Shown: one piece after another, positions 48,471 to 62,300 of the stretch
Numbering within the stretch: the stretch's first letter is position 1
Layout: every line of letters begins with the position of its first letter
Source: Octopus bimaculoides
Taxonomy: Eukaryota
Assembly (NCBI RefSeq): GCF_001194135.2
Contig: NC_069004.1
Span: 12,815,718-12,879,717 of the forward strand
DNA length: 64,000 nt
Direction of reading: 5' to 3'
Notes under the pieces: generated by a model
Database searches by the model: none
What the model was told of the DNA's origin: nothing
What the model saw: the letters and a program-made list of their open reading frames with translations, nothing else
Program-made: the position numbers and the translations under genes

Positions 48471-51400
48471 GTATCCTTTAGTTTTCATGAAATTTAACAC
48501 AGCTATTTAACTGTGCTGATATAATCAGTTGATTTTCTATGATACTTAATTGAAAATGTATTCACATGCAAAAGCTTGAAAGAAATGATGCTAGCATACT
48601 CCACTGGATGTACAATGCCAGTGTGCACGTCTTAGAAAAATTGGGTATATGATACATCAGATTTGGTGTGCAAGAGAGAAGACCATGCTGGTATGAACAT
48701 GTTATGCGTATGTATGAGGACAGCTGCGTAAAAAGTGTCAACCTCTAATTATGGAAGGAACCTGTGGAAGAGGTAAACCCAGGAAGAAGTGAAACAAAAG
48801 TGGTGAAATATGATCTTCAGTTGTTGAGTCACATGGAGGCAATGACAAGTGACTGAGACTTCTGGCAATTTGCTGTGCTTGAGGAGACAATGTCAGCCTA
48901 AGTAAAATCGTGGTTGTAGCCAATGCTGGTGACATGTAAAAGACACCCAGCATACTCTGTAAAGTGGTTCGCATTAGGAAGGGCTTCCAACCATAGAAAC
49001 CAAGCTAAAACAGATGACTGGGAGCCTGGTGCAGCTCTCCGACTTATCAGCTCCAGTCAAACCATGCAACCCATGCCATTATAGAAAACAGACATTAAAT
49101 GATGAAGATCATGATGTATTCAATTATGTTGGAATTTAGTCACTGTTGAGGTGGTGGTGACTCAATTGGTTCAGAGCTAAAGGGAACTCTCGGAATAAAA
49201 TGGCATAGAGTAATAGCTGTATGCCACATTTACATATGTTTCAAAGTAAATGTGTATTCTGGAACTGATATTTTCACAGCCTAATATTTTTCATCCTCTG
49301 TGATACCCCCATTTATTTTCCTTAATTTACTTCAGTCCTGCTTTTCTAGTGATATCGGTGTTGATAGTAAAGTTGGTAAGTAAAATATTTTGTAGTGTTT
49401 AGTCAGTTCTTGTAGTTGCCAACTGGTAGTTAGTTTCTTGAGCCCTGAAAGGTAAAGTTAAACCCAGTGCTGGGTTTGAACTCGGAACAGAATAGGAAGT
49501 AACTAAATATCTCAAAATATTTACCTGATACTCTACTGATTTTCCCAACACACTACGAGCTGGTATCAAAAAGTTGTTGTTTATACATCCATCCATCCCC
49601 CCACTTTGGGCTACCCCATTACTTTTCTTCAATAACCCCTGGATCTGTCCACTCTCCTTAGGGGTAGGGCAGTACTACCCACTTAGGGAACCACTGAATT
49701 AGCTTACATTTATGAGAAAAAAAGATGTGTTTTTCTTCTTTTATTTCTAAGTTTCTATGATTTCATGTTTATTTGGTTCTTTTTTTTCAGGGGTTTTGAA
49801 TATTATTTGTACATCATTTCTGCCTCACATGAAGCTTGCTGCTATTGAGACAAGACTCTTTCACAACATAAGTTCAAAGGTAGGGGATTTAGTAGCATTT
49901 CATAAAATTGAAGGAGCAACTCTACCCAACTGATTAGGGGGCCATTTACTTTAAGTTTGTTATCTATCCCAATTTCTTTGACCTTTAAACATTATCAACT
50001 CTAAATGCTTATCATATAATAATCATTTCTTTCAGTTTGACTAATCACCAGCAGAAGCAGCAGAAGGTTATATAATCTGTAATTGTTTCTCATTTCAAGA
50101 TAAAAAGAAAATTGCTGTTTCCTGTAATTCTTCAAAAATTATTCAATGTTTTCAACCTTCTATAATTTATTTATTTTTCTTTTGGTGAAGGATGGGCAAC
50201 ACACACACACATATATATATAACACATGCACCAGTGTTTGTGCCACATAAACAGCACCCAGTCCACAGCTGCCTTTAGTAGAGTCCTCTCTATGTTGCAA
50301 GTATTCAAGGAAGGTCTCTGGTCTAAGTGCAATTCGCCTCCTTAGTGTCTGCTTCCCTGAAATAGATTTTGACTGCTGCTCTTTCTCTTGTGTTAAACCA
50401 CAAAAAATGCATCTTTTCTAGGGACCAGCATCTTAACTATACTATAATTAACAATATAATAATAACACTGTGTGACAAAATTTTTATTTTTGTCTTTGGT
50501 CAGTAAGTGCTATTTCCTGTTTGCTTCTATCTAAAAATCAATAGAAATAACTACTATTCCCTTCGAATTTTGCTTTTTGTCACCTGGGTATCAATGTTTT
50601 GAAACTGACCTCTTTCCCATTACATTTCAGACAGATTCAGTGCTGAGTTGCTGAAGCAGAAATATCATTATAGCAAATATTCAGCTCAGTACTACATATT
50701 TGCTTGTCAGTTGCTTGACCTTAACCACATGAGTATGTCCCTTAGTGGCTGACAATATGTGCATCTCAGATCATGAGCAAGAGTAGTTGGGGAACATCAT
50801 AGCCATATGTTGAGAGGGATTCTTTTGGGGTTTGAATAAATGTAAAAAAAGCAAAGTCTGAAGGAAATATCAACCATTTTCCATACTTTCTAGGGGTAAG
50901 CAAGTAGGAAATAACTGTTGCTACCCAAGGAAAAAAATCATATTACACAGTGTAATTAACTACACTATAATAATTAGCTATACTATAATTAGTTTAATAA
51001 CAAAATTATTATTCCATTTCTTGCCAGTATTAAAGGTAAGATATAAATTACTTTACAGTTTACCAAAAAAACAAGATTTAGGGTTTTGAAGAATTACAGT
51101 CTCCTCACATTTTGCAGAAGACAGAGTTTCATTTATTCCCTTTGGAATAGTAGAAATATTGTAATTTCCAATTCCTTATACATTGAAAATTACAAAGCCT
51201 AATTGAATATTTTGTCTGTGTTCCAGATAAATGATTTGTTGGCAGAAATATTAGAAAATGCTAAGCAAATTCTTCAAGAAGTTACAGAAAAGTCATCTGA
51301 ATGCCACCAAGAGGTTGTGGCTATGCTGAAGGTAAGTTTCCAATATATAATCAAAAGTGGCGAGCCAGCAGAATCGTTAGCGTGCTGGATGAAATGCTTA

Positions 51401-54400
51401 GTGGTATTTTGCCCATTTCTATGTTCTAAGTTCAAATTCCACTGTGGTCAACTTTGCCTTTCTTCCTTCAGGGATCAATAAAGTAAGTACTAGTTGAACA
51501 CAGGTCAATGTAATTGACTTATCCCCACTTCCCCCAAGCTGCTCTTGTGGAAAAAATTTGAAATAATAACAATAACAATTATTATCATTATTATTATTAT
51601 TACTACTACTACTAGACAAGCAGAAAAACACCTCATGGTATTTGTTTTGGTTCTTTAACTTCTATGTTCAAATTCCAAATTGGTCAAACTTTTGGGGTTG
51701 ATAAAATGAGTACCAGTTTAATATTGGAGTCCATTTAATAATTAGTGCTGATCCCTTAAATCTAAGACCCTATATTTATGTTAAAAAGTCTTTTTTTAAT
51801 TAAATTTTTTTTTTATTTTTATACATTATTCACATTCGATGGATATTTGTCCTCATCTTGTTTGTTGTTAACACAACGTTTCAGCTGGTATACCCTCCAG
51901 CCTTCTTCGGGTGTCTTGGGGAAATTTCAAACCTGGGTTCTCATTCCTAAGGTATTTTGGGGATTAGTGGTTAATTCCAAGCAGTGACCTGAACAATGAT
52001 AATAATACTAATAATAATAACATCGAAAAATACCTTAGGAATGAGAACCCAGGTTCGAAATTTCCCCCAAGACACCTGACGAAGGCTGGAGGCTATATCA
52101 GCCGAAACGTTGGGTTAACAACAAAGATGAGGACAAATATCCGTCGAATGTAAATAATGTACATAATTCCTCATCTCTTGAATACAGAACTGTATTTTTA
52201 TTTTTATTTTGTATATTAACAGCTTGCTGTAAATATTGTGGAATCTACAGAGAGTTGTATGAAATATGTGTGTGGAGCCAGTGAACTTGTCGACTTGGAA
52301 AATATACATTCCTTGCTCTCCTCTGTCCTCAGAGTTTTAACACAATCTTATGAACATTGTAAGGTAAGTTCAGTTTAATTAAATATTTCTAGGGTTGCAA
52401 TGTTCTGCAAAGTTTGAGCAAGATGCTCCATTCTAACACTAACTAATCAGTTGAGAACTGAGGATGACCCCTGCTTTTTAGCTAAGTTCACTGAAGTATG
52501 CCAAGGGTTATACCTTGTGTTTGCTTTTAGCTGAGTTTGAAGTATTATGGCAGTTAAAAGTCTTTCATTTGTACCAATGTTGATGGCCAATGTCTTGTAG
52601 GAGAGGTTTCAAAATTATTGTGTATGGTGAAGGCATGGTTTTGTAGATATGAAGGCGTAGATGTGGCTGTGGGTAAGAAATTTGTATCCCAACCCCATGG
52701 TTATGAGTTCAGTCCTACTGTGTGTCACTTTGGCCATGTATCTTCTATTCTGGCCTCGGACTGGCCTAATCCTTGTGAGTGAATTTGGTAGGCAAAATCT
52801 GAAAGAAAACCATCATGGGTGTATATCAGTGTGTCTCCTTATCTTCACATTGTGTGATAGTTGTAAATGATTACCACTGTCATACAAGCAGTGTAATTCA
52901 TTTCCAGTATTTTGCAAAAACATGTCTGGGCATGGAAAAATGTTACCCTGCTTGGAAACAGGTGAGGGTGGTGACAGAAAAGGCAAGTACAGAAAAGAGA
53001 ATATTAAAGCAATTGTATTTCAAAGGCCCCTGAAAAATTTTGCTTTAGATGTATGTATTGGTATGTATTACAAGAAACAGGTTCTTTCTCAAATGTTTTA
53101 CATAGTTCAACCCACACAAGTGAATGTGTGAAAAAGGAAAATAGTAATTTCGAAAGAAATGTCTATAAAACTAATTTCTGAACATAGAATGGCTATGGGG
53201 GTCCACCATAATAAAATAGTAATCAAAGGGGTCCGTAGATAAAAAAATGATTGATTAAAACAGAATAAACTATACCTCGACACATGCTTGTTTCTGATTA
53301 TTTTTATGCATAGCTTAACAAAGCTATAATATTGATAATGACATATATATATATATATATATGTCTTTTACTTGCTTCAGTCATTAGACTGTGGCCATGC
53401 TGGAGCACTGCATTGAAGGAATTTTAGGTGAATGAATTGACTGCAGTATTTATTCTAATTTATTTTTTAAAGACTGAGGATTATCCTATCAGTCTCTTTT
53501 GTCGAATATGTGAATATTAGCTCTTTTATAAATAGCTGACATTCCTAAATGACAACTACTGAAGTATGATGTAGAAGAACTAGACTTCTTTTAATGATAT
53601 TAACCATGTCTGTGTAACTGAAATATCCTCTACCATTTGTTCCAGGAGAGTCCTACCATTTATGGTAACCTGTTGCCACTTTTATCTGATGTTTTGTCCA
53701 GTTTTTTCAAAAAGACTCACCAACTACAAACTGTAATTATTGGTTTATCTTTTCTCATATGATTTCTAAAATTCATTTAATCTTTCAATGTTACATTCTT
53801 GTAATTGTAGAGATAAACTCTTCAAACACTTTCAACACTGACAATTACTACATGACTGATATTTCTCTTTAATTTCTAATCCATTAAGATTAAATGCAAA
53901 TTTTCCATCACCAGATAAAATGCTAATTTAACAGATAAATTTCCCCAAACACTAAGGGTATCTTCTCATTTTGCAATAATTGGAACTAGTAATACAGCTT
54001 AGTGTTTTACTCAAGATACACAGGCATGGCCCAGTGTTTAAGAAGTTTACTTTTTAACCATGTGGTTTTGGGATCAGTCCCACTGACTGGCACCTTGAGC
54101 AAGTGTTTTCTACAGCAGCTCTGGGCCAACCAAAACTTTTGAGTGGATTTGGTAGATGGAAACCTGTTTGAGTGTATATGTGTGTCTGTCTGTCTGTGCA
54201 TGTGTATGTGCATGCAAAGATGTATTTGTTTTTGTGTAACTTGGGTAAATGTTGTAAATGGATATCATAACCATACAAGTGGTGTCTTTCATTCCCAATC
54301 TTCTGTAAAAACATGTCTGGCCATGAAGAAAACATCTTGCCTGAAAATATATAAGGGTTGGTGACAGGAAGGGTATCCAGTTGTAGAAAATCTGTCTCAG

Positions 54401-56722
54401 TGTGTCCCCTCTGGCCCATATAAACATGGAAAAATGGATGTTAAAACAATGGTGATGATTCACAACTTGAAGCTTACAGAATGGTCTGAAGTAATAATCT
54501 CAATTTATAATCTCAGTTTATGATAAATTTGCTGCCAATTTATCTGCTAGTGTCTCTTGTTTTCCTTGAGAAAGTGGCAACCTGGCAAATATTTCTATCT
54601 ATCTTTTATCTTTTGCTTGTTTCAATTATTAGACTATGGCTATGCTGGGGCACCACCTTGAAGAATTTTTAGTTGAATAAATCAACTCCAATGTTTTTTT
54701 TTAAGCCTGAAACTCATTCCATTGGTTTCTTTTGCTGAACTAGTAAGTTGCAGGGATGCAAACACACCAACATCAGTTGTCAAGCAGTGGTGGGAAACAA
54801 ACAAACATACACATGTGTGTGCACACACACACAGAGTTTTTTTGCAGTTTCCATCTACCAAATCCACTCACAAGGCTTTGGTTAGCCTGAGGCTATTGTA
54901 GAAGGTTTCATGCAGTGGGACTGAACCCAGAACCTTGTTGGTAAGCAAGCTTCTTACCACACAGCCACATCTGTGCCTATATATCTTATTCTTTTACTTA
55001 TTTCAGTCATTTGACTGCGGCCATGCTGGAGCAGTACCTTAAAGGCTATTAGTTGAAGAAATCGATCCTAGGACTTATTCTTTGTAAGCCTAGTACTTAT
55101 TCTATGAGTCTCTTTTGCCGAAAGGACATAAACACACTAACATCGGTTGTCAAGCAATGGTGTGGGGACAAACACAGACACAAAGACACACACATAAATA
55201 TATATACACAACAAGTTTCTTTCAGTTTCCATCTACCAAATCCATTTACAAGGCTTTGGTTAGCCTGAGGCTATAGTAGAAGACATTTGCCCAAGGTGCT
55301 GCACAGTGGGACTGAACCCAGAACCAGGTAGTTGGGAAGCAAGCATCTTACCACACAACCATGCCTGCACCTATTTATTGGGTGCAATGGATAAATTGTT
55401 GCCATTTTATAGTTTTAATTTTGCACATGTGCATTGTTTGGTATTGATTATGTTGACTATGCAGCATAGTAGGGTCAGTTGGGCACCATCTGTGAGAAAA
55501 ACAGCACCATGACACAATTCATTCTGCCAAAAATTTGGAATCAACATGCTATACTTCGTGGCATTCACACTGGAAGCTCCTATACAAACATTTCAGAGTG
55601 TTTGTGTATCAATCTGAGGACATGTACCTAGTGTGATAAAATCAAACATCCAGTCAACATCATGGTGTTTGGAGTGATCACTAGTGATGGTGACGTTGTG
55701 CCTTCAGTCATTTTCCTACACGACCTCAGACTCAACATGGAGGCCTATATCAAGTGCCTGAAGGAGGTAGTGCTAACATCTGGTCACTTAACTCCCCAAA
55801 CTGCAACCCCCTTGATTATTATGTGTGGGGCGTAGTTGAGTGAGAGACCAACAAAACTTGTAACACCAAAAATGAACTGGATTGTGGCAGCATTCACCAA
55901 CTTAAACAAAGAGACCGTCCAGAAGAGTTGCAGGAGATTCTGAAGTTGTTGGAGGCCATGGTTGAAGCCAATGGCGATTTTATTGAATAAATTTACTCTT
56001 TAGTATTTCAAGATATTTTTGTGTAATTTTGGTAAATATATCTGCTAAAATGTCAGTGTTATTTTCATTTTTGCGTAATTTAGACAACAGTTTATTCACC
56101 GCACCCTGTATATATTTAAAAAAAATATTTTTGATATTTTCATCATCTTGGAAGGGTACATGAAAACAATGACCTGAAATTGGCAATGAAAGTTATCTAA
56201 AATTTATAGAACTGTTTCTGAAAAATTAAACTCCAAATTGAATGGGAATTTAAAGTTATACTGTGAATATTAAAATGTATTTCTTGGTTTGGTTAATGTT
56301 AATCTTGTTTCTTGATTTTCAGACAACATTATGCTGTTTGGAAAAAATAAATGTCAAGTCAACTGAACAAGATGTTGTTGATCTTTGTTCAAGTAAGTCG
56401 ATATTCTTAACTCCTATTAACTTCAACTGAAATACATTTAATGATATTGTAATCTGTTAGATATAATACACTGAACCTCAACAGACAATATGTGTGTTTG
56501 TGTGTGCTACATAAAAAGCATCTGTACTGGTGCCATGTTAAAAGCACCCAGTACACTCTGTGGAGTGGTTAGCATTGGAAGGGAATCCAGCTATTGAAAC
56601 CAAGCCAAAACAGACAATGGAGCCTGGTACAGTCCTCTGAATTGCCAGCTCCTGTCAAATCATCCAACCCATGCTAGCATGGAAAATACACATTAAATGG
56701 TAATGAAGATGTGTGTACATGT

Positions 56723-56765
<43 letters not shown>

Positions 56766-59264
56766 NNNNNNNNNNNNNNNNNNNNNNNNNNNNNNNNNNN
56801 NNNNNNNNNNNNNNNNNNNNNNNNNNNNNNNNNNNNNNNNNNNNNNNNNNNNNNNNNNNNNNNNNNNNNNNNNNNNNNNNNNNNNNNNNNNNNNNNNNNN
56901 NNNNACACATACATACATACAGATGCAGGCATGGCTGTTGCTTCCTAACCACATTGTTTAGGTTCAGTCCCATTGCATGATGTCTTGGGCAAGTGTGTTT
57001 AATTATAGCCCTGGACTGACTAAAGTCTTTTGATAGAAACTAGAAGTTCATTGTGTATGTATAAATATACATGTGTGTGTGTGTGTGTGTGTATCCCAGC
57101 AGGATATATAAAGGTCCATAGAAACAAATTTCATCTAACCCATGCAAATAGGGATTAGTGGACATTAAGTTAGTGATCTGATTATATATGTGTGTGTGTG
57201 AGAGTGTGAATGCTTGCATTCTGTGTTGAGCTGAGCTATGGATAGTAATGCTGGTTGTCATTTCTCTGCCAAGAAATTGGTCCACTAGCTATGTTTTCTA
57301 AAACAAGTGGAAGGTGCATTTGGCTGTAAAATGATGCCTTGATAGTATGAATTCATCTAACTCATGCAAGTATGGCAAAATGGATGTAATATGAATAAAC
57401 AAATATGTATTATCACTTGGTCCCAGAAGAAGGCAGTGTTAAGAGCTGCTAAAAATGAAAATCAAATTGCTGGTCTACCTGAGGTTTCAGTTGACTTAGA
57501 TCAATATTTTAGTTAATATATGGATGTAGTAAATGATGCTATTTTAGCATCATGTCTTATCTGGGTACTGAAACAATTAAATACCTATTGTGGGGATGAC
57601 TAATGCTCTGGCTGTAGGTGCTACCAATAAGTCTTAGAGGTGGTAATTATAGGTATTGAGGTTCATTATGAACAGAAGTTACAATGGAACTTTAATTATG
57701 GCACAAATTAATTTAGTTGATTGACAATAAACTAATTATATTTCTGTTAATTATTGAAGCTGACAGAGAATTGCACCAACAACAACTGTTGTTTTTGAGC
57801 TTTATCGTCATCATCATCATCATTCAGGGATCAGTCCTACTCATTTAAGATGTTTCAATCGTGACCATCCCATCTATTTCCGAATTATAATAATGCTTGT
57901 TGTATTTTGTAAACTGTTCAACATAGAGCATCTCATCGTTTCTTTTCAGCCTGCCACAGTTTGTTGTCTCTCTGCCAACTGGTTCCAGCTCTTGACATCA
58001 AGATTATGATTGGTCTATGGAAGTCTTTAGCCAGGTAAATGTTTTATTTGCCACTTCGGTGTTTAATGTGAAAGGAAGGGAATAGATGCAGTCAACAAAA
58101 ACAGTTGCATTGTTTTAGCTGATTAACCCTTTAGTATTCAGATTAATCTGTCAAATGTAATGCTTATTTATTCACATTGTTTTGAATTATTCAGGTTCAA
58201 GAGGGGTGTCCACAATATTTGCTTGTAACTTTGTCAATATCGAGCTTCTTAATGAGTCCAAGACATTTTAAGTGATTTTCAATTGTTGTGTATGATACAT
58301 TTAACCTTTCTGCGATCTTTTGCACAGTTATATGACCATTAGATTCAATTATGGCTTTGATCCGGTCATCATCAACTTCAGTATGTCGATCAGAACGTTG
58401 GTCATCTTTGAGTGAAAAATCTTCTGTGCAGAATTTTTTAAACCTTTTCTGACATGTGCCTTCTGTTAAGCTATCAACACTATAAACTTCACATATCTCT
58501 TTGTGAGCCTCAGCAGCTTTCTTGCCTTTACGGAAATAAAAAAGCAAAATATGGTGAAAATGTTCACTTTTGCACTCCATGTTAAAATTGACACTAACAG
58601 CTGTAAACAAAATTACATGCAATTTGTTTCTGAAGCTTAAAGTAATGGTTATCAAATGTCAAAAGGAAAAAAATTCATAATATTGACAAAGTCATTCGGT
58701 TGGACGGTTTGACAGGAACCAGCTAGGTGGAAGATTGCACCAGGCTACTGTGTCTGTTTTGGCATGGTTTTTACGGCTGGATGCCCTTCCTAACACCAAC
58801 CACCCTGTAGAGTGGACTGAGTACTTTTTACATGGCACTAGCATAGGCGAAGTCAGCTTTGGCATGGTTTTTACAGCTGAATGCCCTTCCAAATGCCAAC
58901 CACTTCACAGTGTGGACTGGATGCTTTTTATGTGGCACCAGCAGGGTCACCAAGTAACTTGCAAGACAAGGAATTATATATGTGTGTGTGTGTGTGTATA
59001 TACATATGTCTTGTCTCAGCACCACAGCCTTTATTTTGTTTGTATACTCACTCTATAAGGTGGTTGATGTTAGGAAGGGTATCCAGCCATATAAACCCTG
59101 CCAAAACAGACAGTGAAGCCTGGTGCAGTTTTCTGCCTATCCAGCCCCTGTCACACCGTCCAACCCATGCCAGCATGAAAAACAAACGTTAAATGATGAT
59201 GATTCACATTTATGTATTGCATTTGCTTTTGTCACTCTCCTCACCATTCAATTGCTATTGCCAG

Positions 59265-59301
<37 letters not shown>

Positions 59302-62300
59302 ATTCCTTGTCTTGCAAGTTACTTGGTGACCCTGCTGGTGCTGGTGCCACATAAAAATTATCCAGTTTGCATTGTGAAGTGGTTGGCATTTGGAAAGCCA
59401 TACAACTGTAAAAACCATGCCAATATGATCGTTAAAAGTGTGACATTGTAATGAATTTTGGTGGAAAGTTTTAATTTAGATCACTTCAAGACAAAGTTTG
59501 TATCCTGGAAATGGGCAGTTTCAGGCAGATTGGTATCAAAATGGTTAAACATCTATGCTTTTCTTTTTCTTTTTCCTCACAGGCTGTCCGTCCAGTACAA
59601 AAGTTTTCTTTATTCAAGACTCGAACTTGAAGCTATCATGTCTTCTTTGGTCTCCAGTATTCAATCAAATTATGACACCTTGTTAAATGTGGCACCCCGG
59701 GTTCCAGATGAGACGGTTGAAGTAGGTAAACTTTCATGAATTTTCAAATGCTTACTCTCTCTCTCTCACTCTCTCTCTCTCTCTCTCTTTCTCACACACA
59801 CACACTTTCTGTTCTATGTATGTATGTGTCTATATATATATACATACGTGTGTATATGAAAGATGAATCATGATTGAGAGAATGACTGGAATTTAAAGGA
59901 GTTGGAAGATATAAGCAGGAGAAACCATTCTGCTGGTATGGGAATCTGATGGGAATGGTTTGATGAAAAATGCCATAATTGGCACAGGCGTGGCTGTGTG
60001 ATAAGAAGTTTATTTCACAACCACATGGTTCCTGGTTCAGTCCCACTGCATGGAACCTTGGGCAAGTGTCTTCTATTAAAGCCTTGGGCCAACCAAAGCT
60101 TTGTGAGTGGATTTGGTAGATGGAAACTGAAAGAAGCCTGTTATATATATATATATATAGATAGATAGTAGATAGATAGATAGATAGATGTGTGTGTCTT
60201 TGTGCCTGTGTTGTCCCTCACTACCACCACCACCACTTGACGACTGGTGTTGGTGTGTTTACATCCCCATAACTTAGCAGTTCAACAAAAGAGCCTGATA
60301 AAATAAGTACCAGACTAAAAAAAGTCCTGGGGTTGATTCTTCTACTATAGCTTCAGGCTGATGAAAGCTTTGTGAGTTGATTTGGTAGACAGAAACTGAA
60401 AGAAGCCTGTTGGGTATATACACATATATTTATGTTGTGTGTGTCTGTGTTTGTCCACCACCACTGCTTCACAACCAGTGTTGGTGTGTTTACATCCTTA
60501 TAACTTAATCGGTTTAGCAAGAAACCAATATGATAAGTACCAGGCTTAAAAATCATAAGTTTGGGGTCAATTCATTCGACCAAAAATTCATCAAGGTGAT
60601 GCCTCAGCATGGCAACAGTCTATTGACTGAAACAAGTATTTAAAAAAAAAAACTATCAAACAAGCAGTGTTTTTCATTTGCAATCTTCTGTGCCCAGCAG
60701 CCTTTGCACTGGTTGTGCCTGAAGGACTTGGAGAAATGTTACCTTCCTTGAAAACAGATACCAGGAAAGACATGTAGAATGCTTTTCCCCTTATTGACTG
60801 ACACTGTAGAAAATGTCCCAACAACTTCCATGCAACAATGAAAGAAAAAAAGTCATCGGAGGGGTGATGGATACCCTGCAATCACACAAGGATAAAATTT
60901 AATTAAAAAAATATATTTCAGACGAATTCATATGTCAACAAAATGACATCAAGAGTTATTTCCCCTGCATATAATTTATGCATATGTAATAAAGAAAAAA
61001 ACATTTTGATTCACCCATCTGCTAGTTTTGAAGATGATCCAACCAAAATGTAATGAGTTCAAGCCACTCACCCGATGAGTGTTTCTGCCAGATTTGGTGA
61101 AAATCCGTTCTGCCATTTTCCAGTAATTTTGCAAACACACAGACAGACAGACAGACAGACACATGCAGGGTAATGAAGAAGTGGACATCAAACTGGTCCT
61201 GATGAGGTCAAACAACTGAAGCTGAGGTTTCCTTTAATCGGTGCTCACAGTTTTACCATTTCACTTATTAAAAACTGGTCATGTTTCTAAGTCAGTATTT
61301 CCTGTATTAACCAGGTAATACTGACTTGTTGTACCCTGCTGGTCACTATGCACTTCCAATTCTTTCTTGTAATATATTTTTTTCTATTTTCCAGGAAGAA
61401 AATCCTTCACAAACAAATGAGAAATCTTTTCAGATGACTTTGAAGATAACTGGTTTCTTAATGAAGGTTTTGGTAAATTTCGTCAAAGAATATGAAAATT
61501 ACCTTGGCAAAAGTGCTGAATCATTATACCCCCTGATTCTCTACATGTTTAAGTAAGTCATTTGAGGTGAATTCTCACCTGTTCATCATCATCATCATCA
61601 TCATTTAACATCCATTTTCCATGCTGGCATGGGTTGGACAGCTTGACAGAAACTGGCAAGACCAGGAGCCACATTAGATTCCATGCTCTATTTTGGCTTG
61701 GTTTCTACGGCTGGATGTTGTACCTGACAGCAACCACTACACGGTGTGTAGTGGGTGTTTTTTATGGGGCACCATCACTAGTACTGGAAGAATTTTATAG
61801 TGGATTGACCCCAGTACTTTTTTTTTTTTTAAGCCTGTTGCTTATTGTATCAGTTCTATTGCTGAACCGCTAAGTTACAGGAACATAAACACACCAATAC
61901 CAGTTGTCAAATGATAGTGAAGAACAAACACAGACACAAAGACGCACACATATACAATGGACTTCTTTCAGTTTCCATCTACCAAGTCCACTGACAAGGC
62001 TCTGGTTAGCCCGAGGCTATAGCAAAAGACACTTGTCCAAAGTTCCACTCTGTGGGACTGAACCCATAGCCATGTGATTGGGAAGAAAGCTTCTTACCAT
62101 ACAGCCATGCCTGTGCTTATAAATTATATTTTTTTTTCTTTTAGGTTTTCTCCTCCTTCTCTCGCTGCTCCAAAACTTATTGAACAAAGTCAACGAGATA
62201 TCCAGATCCAGTTATTAAATGCCACACAACCACTTCTAACGACACTCATCTTGAACTATCATTTTTGCATTTTAGTTACTGCTGATGAAAATGGTAGGTG

